Source of the DNA: Candidatus Micrarchaeota archaeon
GTDB lineage: Archaea > Micrarchaeota > Micrarchaeia > Burarchaeales > JAKAKT01
Assembly (NCBI GenBank): GCA_041305385.1
Contig: JBFYLO010000053.1
Coordinates: 265 to 64,264 of the forward strand
Direction: 5' to 3'
DNA length: 64,000 nt
The translations under genes and the position numbers were made by a program. Shown piece by piece: positions 1-7,675 of this stretch (the stretch's first letter is position 1; each line of letters begins with the position of its first letter). Under the pieces are notes generated by a model. That model ran no database searches, was not told the origin of the DNA, and saw nothing but the letters and a program-made list of their open reading frames with translations.

Positions 1-164
1 AGGTTCGGCTCATATTCGCCGGCAATTACCGCAGCTGTCGCATGGGGAAGGTTCACGAGGCAAATTCCCTCCTTTACCCCGCTCTTCCCAACCGCTTCCC
101 CCACAAGCCCGGTTATGTCGACTATCCCCTGCTGGCTCGACGTTTTCACTGTGGCCGTGAACAT
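1..164 (-). CDS. YjbQ/UPF0047 family protein (secondary thiamine-phosphate synthase-like), truncated by the window edge
   Basis: Manual translation from ATG at 164 gives MFTATVKTSSQQGIVDITGLVGEAVGKSGVKEGICLVNLPHATAAVIAGEYEPN, matching the YjbQ pattern 'DIT..V...V..SG...G...V..PH.TA'. Not in the ORF track. Confidence 0.85.
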   Translation of the reverse strand, partial: MFTATVKTSSQQGIVDITGLVGEAVGKSGVKEGICLVNLPHATAAVIAGEYEPN

Positions 165-206
165 GAAATAGTAATGGAAGAAAAGTATTATAACTCATTT
201 AGCCGA

Positions 207-1664
207 CTAGCCCATTATCTGGTCCACAACGAATTCTGCGCTGAACGGGACCAGGTCTGAGTAACCCTGCCCGATTCCGAAGTAGAGGATTGGAACCCCG
301 GTTGCCTTTGCAAGCGAGAGCGCAGTCCCTCCCTTTGCATCGCAGTCGAGCTTGGTCAGAATCACCCCGTCGAGGCCGACTGCCTCGGAGAAGCTCTTCA
401 CCTGGTTCACGAGCGCATTCCCTGCGATGCTCTCCCCGATGAATATCTTCAGGTCTGGCTTTATCACCCGGTCCAGCTTCTTCATCTCATCAATCAGGTT
501 CCGGTTGGTCTCCTGCCTGCCTGCACTGTCTATCAGCACAACGTCGATGTTATGGGCCCGGGCGTAGTTCACAGCATCGAAGGCGACGGCAGTCGGGTCC
601 GCCCCGTATTCGTGCTTTATCACCCGAACCCCAAGCCTCTCCCCGTGCTTTTCCGCCTGCTCTATGGCAGCTGCCCTGAATGTATCGGAGGCGGAGAAGA
701 CCGAGGTGAACCCGGCTCCCTTCAGCATTGTTGAGAGCTTCGCCATGGTGGTGGTTTTTCCCGCCCCGTTGGGCCCGAGCAGCAGGATTTTCACAGGCTT
801 GGGCTTTTCCCTCACCGCCTCTAGCAGATTGACCCCCTGGATTGACAGCACTTCGAGGAGCGAGCCCCTGACCGCCGACTTAATCGACCCGTCCACCGAA
901 CCCTTGGGCACCCTCATCCCGACGAGCTTGGACCTGAGCTCCGAGGTTATGTGGTCCGCGACCTCGTAGGCGACATCGGATTCGAGAAGCGCCATGTTCA
1001 GGCCATCGAGCAGCTCCGAGACATCGCCCTCCTTTATCTCGACCTCGCTCGAAATGAAACTCCGTATCTTCGTCCCGAGGCTGAGCTTCACTTCCAGCTT
1101 TTTCTCCTCCTCCTGGGCACGGGGGACAAAGGCGGGAGCAGGAGGTTCGGGCTTCTTCCCTTCCGCTTTCGGAGCCCATCTTTCCTCCTCAACTCTCGGC
1201 TGAGGCTTTGGTTTTTCATTGTATTGGAATTTGCTAATTCCAATGCGGCCAAATTTCTGCGGAAATTTGTCCAATATCGGTTCCTTTTTCTCCTCGATTT
1301 TCAGCTCAGGCTTTTTCTCCTCTTTCGGCTTTTGAATTTCAATTTTCGGCTTCGGCTTTTCGAAAATCTCCGGCTTCGGCTCGATGCGAATTGGTTTTTG
1401 AGCGGGCTTCTGCTGCAGCTCAGGTTCTGGTTTGCGCTCAACTCTCCGGACTGGCTTTTGCTCGATTTTTTTGACTGGCTCAGGCTCAACGGATTTTTGA
1501 ACCGGCTCTTCCATTGGTTTTGGTTCTTCCTTGGCTGGTTCGGGTTCAATTTCCCTTTGCGGCTCCTGCTCAAGCTCGGGCCGTTTAGCTTCCCTGGGTT
1601 CTTCCTCCTTCTGGACAATGGACGAGATGAAAGAGCTAATCTTCTTCTTTAGAAGGCCGAACAT
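207..1664 (-). CDS. ftsY: Signal recognition particle receptor FtsY with a long E/P/K-rich N-terminal region
   Basis: SRP GTPase motifs GPNGAGKTTT, DTFRAAA, DSAGR, TKLD and GGTALS; position at the end of the conserved superoperon. Confidence 0.97.
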   Translation of the reverse strand: MFGLLKKKISSFISSIVQKEEEPREAKRPELEQEPQREIEPEPAKEEPKPMEEPVQKSVEPEPVKKIEQKPVRRVERKPEPELQQKPAQKPIRIEPKPEIFEKPKPKIEIQKPKEEKKPELKIEEKKEPILDKFPQKFGRIGISKFQYNEKPKPQPRVEEERWAPKAEGKKPEPPAPAFVPRAQEEEKKLEVKLSLGTKIRSFISSEVEIKEGDVSELLDGLNMALLESDVAYEVADHITSELRSKLVGMRVPKGSVDGSIKSAVRGSLLEVLSIQGVNLLEAVREKPKPVKILLLGPNGAGKTTTMAKLSTMLKGAGFTSVFSASDTFRAAAIEQAEKHGERLGVRVIKHEYGADPTAVAFDAVNYARAHNIDVVLIDSAGRQETNRNLIDEMKKLDRVIKPDLKIFIGESIAGNALVNQVKSFSEAVGLDGVILTKLDCDAKGGTALSLAKATGVPILYFGIGQGYSDLVPFSAEFVVDQIMG

Positions 1665-1688
1665 CAGAGACCAACCGGCCCTGCGGGC

Positions 1689-2117
1689 TCACTGCTTCCC
1701 GCCCTTCTTGTCTAGAAGCTGCTGTGCCTCATTATCCAGCTGGTCGAGCTTCTTGGATATCTCAAGGACGGCTTCCTGTATCCTATCCCTCGTTGCCTCA
1801 AGCCTCTTGAGCCTCTCTTCGAGAATCGAGATTGCCTCCTGCAGCGGCTTCTCAGCGATGACATCTGCGCCTATGTTGACCAGCACATTCTGCACGTCGG
1901 TGATTCTGGCGCTCACGTGGGCTCCTCCGCCGAGCGGGAGGAGGACGTTGTTATCCTTGGTCGTTTCAATGTTCCTCAGGGTGAGAAGAGCAGTCCCGAG
2001 TTCGTTAATCGTGAGCTGGATTGAGCCGAGCTGCTGCTGCATGAACTGGCCCTGCTGCTGATAGGCCTGGGCCTCATAAGCGATTCGTGTGAGATTTTCC
2101 TCCTTGTCCTGCGCCAT
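1689..2117 (-). CDS. pfdA: Prefoldin subunit alpha
   Basis: Coiled coil plus 'LLPLGGGAHV.A.I.D...VLVNIGADVIAEK'; start refined to ATG 2117; conserved synteny. Confidence 0.93.
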   Translation of the reverse strand: MAQDKEENLTRIAYEAQAYQQQGQFMQQQLGSIQLTINELGTALLTLRNIETTKDNNVLLPLGGGAHVSARITDVQNVLVNIGADVIAEKPLQEAISILEERLKRLEATRDRIQEAVLEISKKLDQLDNEAQQLLDKKGGKQ

Positions 2118-2133
2118 GGAACCAACCCCGCAC

Positions 2134-2310
2134 CTACTTGGCTTGCTCAACTTTAAGAACCTTGACCTTGCTCCTCTTAAGGCCATGCTTGCTCCCCAGC
2201 TCGGCGTACAGCCTCTCGACAGCAAGCTTCTCGCTCTCAGCCTCCAAAGTCTTCGCAAAAGACCTGGGCGAGGGCTTTATCTCCATGACTCCGCTTATGA
2301 CGTACTTCAT
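2134..2310 (-). CDS. rpl18a: 50S ribosomal protein L18Ae (LX/eL20)
   Basis: Manual translation (58 aa, below the ORF-track cutoff): MKYVISGVMEIKPSPRSFAKTLEAESEKLAVERLYAELGSKHGLKRSKVKVLKVEQAK. Contains the 'ERLY.ELGSKH..KR' motif and has the expected synteny. Confidence 0.92.
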   Translation of the reverse strand: MKYVISGVMEIKPSPRSFAKTLEAESEKLAVERLYAELGSKHGLKRSKVKVLKVEQAK

Positions 2311-2314
2311 GATA

Positions 2315-2635
2315 TCACCTTACCTTGGTTCCAGGGGGAACCTCCTTGTCTACAGTAAGAATCGAAACATCCGGGGAATCCGCGGCGAGCAGCATCCCCT
2401 TTGACTCGAGCCCCCTGATCATTTTCGGCTCGAGGTTCGCGAGCACCACAATCTTTTTCCCGGTTATCTGCTCCGGGCTGTACCAGGGCGCGAGCCCGGC
2501 GACCAGCTGCCTCTTCTCTGTTCCCATGTCCACGGTCAGCCTCAGGAGCTTGTTCGCCCCGGGCACGAGTTCGGCGGACTCCACGAGCCCGACCACAATC
2601 TCCAGTTTCGAGAATTCTTCGTAAGTTATCGCCAT
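2315..2635 (-). CDS. Stand-alone tRNA-binding OB-fold protein (Trbp111/CsaA/MetRS C-terminal-like)
   Basis: Motifs 'EF.KLEI.VG.V', 'KLL.L.VD.G.E.RQLVAGL' and 'LANLEP..IRG.ES.GMLLAA'. Confidence 0.92.
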   Translation of the reverse strand: MAITYEEFSKLEIVVGLVESAELVPGANKLLRLTVDMGTEKRQLVAGLAPWYSPEQITGKKIVVLANLEPKMIRGLESKGMLLAADSPDVSILTVDKEVPPGTKVR

Positions 2636-2644
2636 TTCATCACG

Positions 2645-3304
2645 TCACAAAAGCCCGAGCGCCTCTTCGGCGCGGTGCATCTCGAATCCGCCAGTGTCTT
2701 CGCCAACGAGGCAACCCTTGGAATTCGCGAGCATGCACATCCCTACGAAAGGGACCCCCATGTTAGCAGTCCCGATTCCCCCCTTCATCCCGAGCAGCTT
2801 CTCTAACTCGTAGAGCTCCCTCCCTGCGGAGTTATGGAGCAGGAATCCCCTGTTCGTGAGCACCGCGGCCGAGCCAACGGTCTTATACCCGGCTATCGCC
2901 CTCTGAATCACTTCAACTCCGAGGCAATCGGATATCAGCTTCACCGATTCGGCATCGAGGTCCGGGTTCGCGAGCGCAATCCTGTCATTGGTGGCTATGT
3001 TGTTCCCGATTGCGGTCAATCTCGAGTTGAGCGCGAGCGTGTTGAGCCCAGCTTCCTTCACCCTCCTTTGCTCCTCTTGGGAAACAAACTCAGGGAAAAC
3101 CGCGCCCTTGGAATTCGCGGCAACAAATATCCCGACAAGCTCGGAGTCGTTCACCGAGAGTTCGACTGCCTGCGCCTTGAGGAAGTTCTCGCAAGCGGCC
3201 TTGAGCTTCTCCTGGGGATTCCCAAGGAAAACAAGCTCCTCGGTCGCGCATCCGAAAGCCCCGAGGAAGGAGTTCCCGTAGTGCGCAGACTTGCCACAGT
3301 GCAT
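2645..3304 (-). CDS. eif6: Translation initiation factor 6 (aIF6)
   Basis: Pentein repeats 'IGNNIATND..AL.NPD', 'GSAAVLTN.G.LLH' and 'GTANMGVPFVG'; conserved synteny. Confidence 0.95.
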   Translation of the reverse strand: MHCGKSAHYGNSFLGAFGCATEELVFLGNPQEKLKAACENFLKAQAVELSVNDSELVGIFVAANSKGAVFPEFVSQEEQRRVKEAGLNTLALNSRLTAIGNNIATNDRIALANPDLDAESVKLISDCLGVEVIQRAIAGYKTVGSAAVLTNRGFLLHNSAGRELYELEKLLGMKGGIGTANMGVPFVGMCMLANSKGCLVGEDTGGFEMHRAEEALGLL

Positions 3305-3316
3305 TCAGAACCACTT

Positions 3317-3754
3317 CTATTTTTTCTTGGAGTCAGCAGGGGGCTTCCCGTTCTCCGGCTTCTTCTCAGCCTGGGGCTCCGATTCAGGGACTGCTTTTTC
3401 CACCTGTTTTTCTTCGGCTTTCTTCTCAGCAGGCTTTTTCTTCGCATCCCTCTTCTTGGCCTCCTTCTCAGCCCTTTTTGCCGCCTCCTCCTTCTCCCCA
3501 ACGAGCGTTACCTTCACTTTTCCTTCCTTGTCCCTGTTGGCGATTATCTTGAGCCTCCTGGGAGGCTTCTTTATCCCGGATTCCCAGACAGCGCTGTTGA
3601 CGACACCGCTCATGGAAACCGATTCGTCCCCGACTTTCATGTGGCGTGCGACGAAAGCGCGCAGAATCTTGACTGCAATCCTTGCCCTCTTCACGCGGGG
3701 CTTCGCATAGGCCTTTCCGAGCGGAATGGTGTAAATCCTCTCTAGTTCATCCAT
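3317..3754 (-). CDS. rpl31e: 50S ribosomal protein L31e with a K/E/A-rich C-terminal tail
   Basis: 'ERIYTIPL', 'RA.IAVK.LRAFVARHMK' and 'VWESGIKKPP'; start refined to ATG 3754. Confidence 0.95.
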   Translation of the reverse strand: MDELERIYTIPLGKAYAKPRVKRARIAVKILRAFVARHMKVGDESVSMSGVVNSAVWESGIKKPPRRLKIIANRDKEGKVKVTLVGEKEEAAKRAEKEAKKRDAKKKPAEKKAEEKQVEKAVPESEPQAEKKPENGKPPADSKKK

Positions 3755-3763
3755 GAAATTCAC

Positions 3764-3928
3764 CTACTTTATCTTTAGCTTGAGCTTCCTGCTCCTCCAG
3801 TTCCTTCGCCTCGGGTTCGAAGCGATTCTCCTGTTGGTTTTCGCAATCACGAACACCGGGAGCCTCCTGTTCTTCCTGGCCTCCTTCCCGAGGTGCCTTT
3901 TCTTTGCCTCTGATTTGGCTCTACTCAT
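3764..3928 (-). CDS. rpl39e: 50S ribosomal protein L39e
   Basis: Manual translation: MSRAKSEAKKRHLGKEARKNRRLPVFVIAKTNRRIASNPRRRNWRSRKLKLKIK. Below the ORF-track cutoff. Confidence 0.95.
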   Translation of the reverse strand: MSRAKSEAKKRHLGKEARKNRRLPVFVIAKTNRRIASNPRRRNWRSRKLKLKIK

Positions 3929-4250
3929 CATGACCACCCTTCTTCTTGAACGCTATCGTGGGTTCGTGCCTTGTCCCCGTAACCCTCTCGAGCAGCTTCT
4001 TGAACTGCTCATCCTGCACCTTTCCTTTCAGCTGGTTGCTCCTATAGAGCTGCGCAAGGAGCGCGACCACCTGCTGGTATAATTCCGGGCTCGAGAGCCT
4101 CACATTCATGGCGCGCTCATAAGCCTTATCATCAAGCACATGCTTTAGGACGGTCTTCATCTGCTCATCGAGCTGCTGGGCTTTCGCCATTTTCGCGTAT
4201 TGCTCCTGGAGTTTCCTTTCCCTCAGCTGAGCCAGTTCTTCCTCGTCCAC
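3921..4250 (-). CDS. PDCD5-like double-stranded DNA-binding protein
   Basis: 'DEEELAQLRERKLQE', 'LDDKAYERAMNVRL' and 'DEQFKKLL'; GTG start at 4250 after a GGTGAG SD; conserved synteny. Confidence 0.9.
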   Translation of the reverse strand: MDEEELAQLRERKLQEQYAKMAKAQQLDEQMKTVLKHVLDDKAYERAMNVRLSSPELYQQVVALLAQLYRSNQLKGKVQDEQFKKLLERVTGTRHEPTIAFKKKGGHDE

Positions 4251-4255
4251 TGCCC

Positions 4256-4669
4256 TCACCCTTTGGCTTCCTTTGCAGCAGAGTCCAAGAGGGCCCTTCC
4301 CTTCGGGGTTATCTCCCTTCCGTCTTTGCCCTTCTTCACGAATCCGGCCTTCTCGAGCTGCTGCAGAGCCTTCCTTATGGTCGAGCCGCCGGCATCGACG
4401 TGATGCTCCGGCCTCGAGCCCAGGTTCTTCCTGCCCCCGTAGTGGGTCCTGAACCTGTTGACTCCGCTTCCCCCGTGAACGTATATGTTCCTCAAGAGCG
4501 AGGCGCACCTCTTGTACCAGAAATCCTCATCGCTCGGGGCCCGCTCGACGTGGGGGCCTGTCTTCACGAAGGCCGTCCACTTGGGCGGGGCTATCTCCTG
4601 GACCTCCTTCAGCTTGGAGGAGGCCTTGCTCACAAGTGCTGCCGCGGAAACGTCATAGACTGTTACCAA
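4256..4669 (-). CDS. rps19e: 30S ribosomal protein S19e
   Basis: 'P.W..FVKTG', 'DFWYKR.ASLLR.IY' and 'GSTIRKALQQLE'; TTG start with a GAGGTGA SD. Confidence 0.97.
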   Translation of the reverse strand: MVTVYDVSAAALVSKASSKLKEVQEIAPPKWTAFVKTGPHVERAPSDEDFWYKRCASLLRNIYVHGGSGVNRFRTHYGGRKNLGSRPEHHVDAGGSTIRKALQQLEKAGFVKKGKDGREITPKGRALLDSAAKEAKG

Positions 4670-4677
4670 TAACTCAC

Positions 4678-4783
4678 CTCACATACCTTCGCCCGAAGCC
4701 TCCGCCGAAGGCGGAGGTAAAGGCAAATTCCTCATTCGTTGCACCGACCACAAGCCCTCAGCCTTTAGGCGAGGGTATGTGAC
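4678..4783 (-). mobile_element. Gene-less IS200/IS605-end-like mini-element (PATE/MITE-like)
   Basis: The minus strand begins GTCACATACCCTCGCCTAAAGGCTGAGGGCTTG, resembling IS200/IS605 end hairpins. The ends form a 14/15 inverted repeat (TCACATACCTTCGCC / GGCGAGGGTATGTGA). There is an internal perfect hairpin CCTCCGCC-GAA-GGCGGAGG. Confidence 0.55.
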
Positions 4784-4923
4784 CTCAAATTGAGCTTTTC
4801 TACGAGGTAAACTGTACGCGTAGAAGCATCAAAAGCGCATCTAGTTTAACCCATATCACTATTTTAAGCCTTTCTCCCCGAACCCAGGGAGTTGCCAACT
4901 ATAACAATCCCACAAAAAGCGGA

Positions 4924-4969
4924 CTCGCTCGGTCCGGGTCTGGCGTTTCGAGGCGTCTGGGCTCGCGAG
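4924..4969. repeat. Short GC-rich dispersed repeat, copy A (similar to 31037-31084)
   Basis: CTCGCTCGGTCCGGG...TTTCGA...GGG.CTCGCGAG aligns colinearly by eye with the 31037-31084 intergenic sequence. Confidence 0.35.
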
Positions 4970-5001
4970 GTACGAATCGAGTTGCATTATTTCCTGGGGC
5001 A

Positions 5002-5967
5002 CTATAAGTGCGGGAGAAGAAGGTACTTGTGTATCCTGTAAACTCTCAGGGCGGAATAGTCGCTTATTATGTCCGAGAACTCGTTCGTCAGTTCCATCAT
5101 GAGTTTTCGGTATTCCTCCGGGTCCTTCACTTCGATGTCGAGCTCGAGGTCCCAGGGGCCGAGAGTTTTAATCATGTAGACGATGTTCGGGTGGCGCCTG
5201 CAATACTCATGCAAGCTCTTTTCCCTCTTTTCGCTTAGATTGCTCAGGTAGAACAGCACTTTATGGTGGAACTGGCCGATTACATTGTGGTCCAGCATCA
5301 CAGTGTAACCCCTTATCACCCCGGTTCGCTCCATTTCGGCAATCCTCTTCCTCGCAGTTTCCGGGGATATGCCAACTCTTCTCGCAATGGTCGTTGTTTC
5401 GGTCCTTGAACTCTCGCACAGGATTCCGAGTATCCCCATATCTATGGCGTCAACCCTCCCCTTACCCATCCCGGCGTAGTAACTGACCTCCACCGGCTCC
5501 TTTTTTCCAGTAAGATATCCGCGAATCAGGTACTCCCCAACTAGGTTGACCGATATCGTTTTCTTGATTATCTGGTTCCAGTATTTCTTTGTGAAATCGG
5601 TCAAAACCCTGTTCAGCGTAAACAGGTCCTCAACGAGCATCGTGAATCCCAAGTCGAACTCGCCATCCGTGCTGACAACCCAATTAACATAGGGTGCGTT
5701 GATGAGGTAGTTGATGATTTCCTGCTTTCTCTTCTCGTTGGCGTTCCTCAGCTTTATGAGTATCTTGTAGTACGAGACCCCCAGCTTCGAGGAGTCGAGT
5801 ATCGTGAAGAACCGAAAGATGACCCCTTCCTTCACGAGCCGGTTCAGGCGGTATTTTGCGACCTCCTTGCTCATTCCGGCTCTCTTCGCGAGCGCCGTTA
5901 TCGGCCTCCTGGAGTTAATGTCCAGCTCGTGGAGCAGCGCCCTGTCTTTTGCGTCCAGTTTAAACAT
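5002..5967 (-). CDS. Tandem (double) Lrp/AsnC-family transcriptional regulator
   Basis: Two HTH plus RAM units: 'LDAKDRALL.EL..NSR..IT.LAK..G.S.E...YRL.RL...GVI' and 'IDM.IL..L....R......IA...G.SPET...RI..ME..GVI'. Confidence 0.93.
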   Translation of the reverse strand: MFKLDAKDRALLHELDINSRRPITALAKRAGMSKEVAKYRLNRLVKEGVIFRFFTILDSSKLGVSYYKILIKLRNANEKRKQEIINYLINAPYVNWVVSTDGEFDLGFTMLVEDLFTLNRVLTDFTKKYWNQIIKKTISVNLVGEYLIRGYLTGKKEPVEVSYYAGMGKGRVDAIDMGILGILCESSRTETTTIARRVGISPETARKRIAEMERTGVIRGYTVMLDHNVIGQFHHKVLFYLSNLSEKREKSLHEYCRRHPNIVYMIKTLGPWDLELDIEVKDPEEYRKLMMELTNEFSDIISDYSALRVYRIHKYLLLPHL

Positions 5968-5984
5968 AACTACTCAAACACATA

Positions 5985-6024
5985 AATTCTATTTAAATTT
6001 ATCGCTTTTAAGAAAATTTTTTCT
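5985..6024. promoter_or_regulatory. Divergent AT-rich promoter region with palindromes (candidate Lrp operators)
   Basis: ATAAATT-N7-AATTTAT and near-palindromic AGAAAATTTTTTCT (6011-6024) lie between the divergent genes. Confidence 0.4.
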
Positions 6025-6088
6025 AAGAATTTTTATATATAGTGAAAAACGCAATAATAACAAAAGACGAAGGAACGAGGTGACAGTC

Positions 6089-7675
6089 ATGAACTCCACT
6101 AAAACTTCAGCTTCCGATGAACTCGATTCCAAATGGCGTTCTACTGCCAGGACTTTATTCGGTGGGGAGATTGGCCCTCTTGAGGAGTACTCTAAATGGC
6201 TTTCCGATTCCAAGGGAGACAGGGTAATCCGAGACTCGAGCCTTTCGGGCCGCAAGGTTGTTTTTTCACTCCCCTATCACTCCGGCTCTTGCTGGATGGA
6301 CTTCGAAGAGGTCGATTTCTCAAAAAAATACGGGCCGCTCGATATTAACGATTTGAAGGACATCGAGTCCATAATCGAGGCACTCGGGGAGAGAATATGC
6401 TACACAGGCGGCATGGTCCTCGGACAATCAAAGTTCATCGAGAAAAGCGCAAACATAATCGACTCTTACTACGTTTTCGAGTCCGAGCGAATCGCCGGCT
6501 CAAAATATATCGGACATTGTACCATAGGGACCAACAGTGAAAGCGTCTTCGGCAGCAACTCTTTTGGCTCGGTGAATCATTCAATAAAAGTATTCGGCTT
6601 CTGGAACAGCACCCGTTGCTTCGAAACATCCAAAACCGACTTCTCCTCGGACTGCTATTACTCCCATGGCCTGTCGAAATCAGCCCATTGCATGTTCTGT
6701 TTCAATGTAAAGAACAAGCATTATGCCATAGGAAACCTGGAGCTATCTGCTGATAAGTACAATTCAATAAAAAACAGCTTGCTTGAGCAAATGAGGGAAA
6801 AACTAAACAAAGAAAAGTCTCTCCCCTCCCTGGTTTCCTTCTTTCTTTCGGAGAAGCCAGATTATTCCCTAATAAAAAAAGCGTTTAAACCCGAGAAAAA
6901 ACTAAATGCCGGAAAGGGCGGCATTGAAGAAAAATTCTCAAACACGGCGAAAGTGGTGCTCGGCCTCGCGCTCGAAAACATAAACGACTACGGCCCCTGG
7001 CTTTTGAGGCACGTGCCGCCTTCCAGAGGGGCGTTTTCCTGCGCAAGTTCACTCCCAGTTCTTCTGCCCGGTTATTCAAACTTCCAGTCATTCCCAAAAG
7101 ACAGGCTCTTGACCCTTCAAGAGGCAGAGGAGATAGGTCCCAAACTCTCGATAACCCTTGAAGATGCCGAATCAATCTCGTTTGACAGCGTCCCCAAGAT
7201 ACTGTCAAAAATCGCCTTTTTCTCCCCGGAGTGGTCCATCGGGAACGTCAGGGATAACTGCGAATCCCCGATTAACATAGATTCAACAGATTGCTACCGG
7301 AGCACATTGAACATAAGCTCAAAGCACTGCGCTTATAGCTATTACCCCAGGGATTCCGAATGCCTGTTCGGGGTTAATGAAACAAGAAGCTCACAGTTTT
7401 GCATAAATTGTTATGAATCCGCCAAGCTCATCCGTTGCTTCGAGATGGACAGCTGCAAGAGCTGCTCCGATTCGATGTTCTGCCATAATTGCGAGAATCT
7501 CCGGGATTGCATGTTCTGCTTCAACGTAAAGAATCTGCAGTATGCCGTCGGGAACGTTGAGCTTACGTTTGATGAATACAAGCAAATCAAGGAAGCCGTT
7601 CTTAAAAAAATAGCGAATGAACTTCAGGAAAAAAAGAGCATCGAACTTAGCATATTCAATCTTGGACAGAAATAA
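6089..7675 (+). CDS. Cys/Ser-rich repeat protein of the CPR/DPANN type with two homologous halves; function unknown
   Basis: ATG 6089 after a GAGGTGA SD. The duplicated module ends CMFCFNVKNKHYAIGNLEL and CMFCFNVKNLQYAVGNVEL; many S/C-x-x-C repeats. Confidence 0.85.
   Translation: MNSTKTSASDELDSKWRSTARTLFGGEIGPLEEYSKWLSDSKGDRVIRDSSLSGRKVVFSLPYHSGSCWMDFEEVDFSKKYGPLDINDLKDIESIIEALGERICYTGGMVLGQSKFIEKSANIIDSYYVFESERIAGSKYIGHCTIGTNSESVFGSNSFGSVNHSIKVFGFWNSTRCFETSKTDFSSDCYYSHGLSKSAHCMFCFNVKNKHYAIGNLELSADKYNSIKNSLLEQMREKLNKEKSLPSLVSFFLSEKPDYSLIKKAFKPEKKLNAGKGGIEEKFSNTAKVVLGLALENINDYGPWLLRHVPPSRGAFSCASSLPVLLPGYSNFQSFPKDRLLTLQEAEEIGPKLSITLEDAESISFDSVPKILSKIAFFSPEWSIGNVRDNCESPINIDSTDCYRSTLNISSKHCAYSYYPRDSECLFGVNETRSSQFCINCYESAKLIRCFEMDSCKSCSDSMFCHNCENLRDCMFCFNVKNLQYAVGNVELTFDEYKQIKEAVLKKIANELQEKKSIELSIFNLGQK

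Noticed and set aside
10-260. ORFs 10-198 (-) and 42-260 (+) from the ORF track
   Set aside because: The real gene is the YjbQ-like frame starting at ATG 164 on the minus strand; these two are shadow frames.
2834-3745. 303-aa plus-strand ORF
   Set aside because: It is antisense to eIF6 and L31e, which have clear family motifs.
5804-6088. N-terminal 95 aa of the 623-aa ORF
   Set aside because: This part overlaps the Lrp gene and the AT-rich promoter; the true start is ATG 6089 with a GAGGTGA SD.
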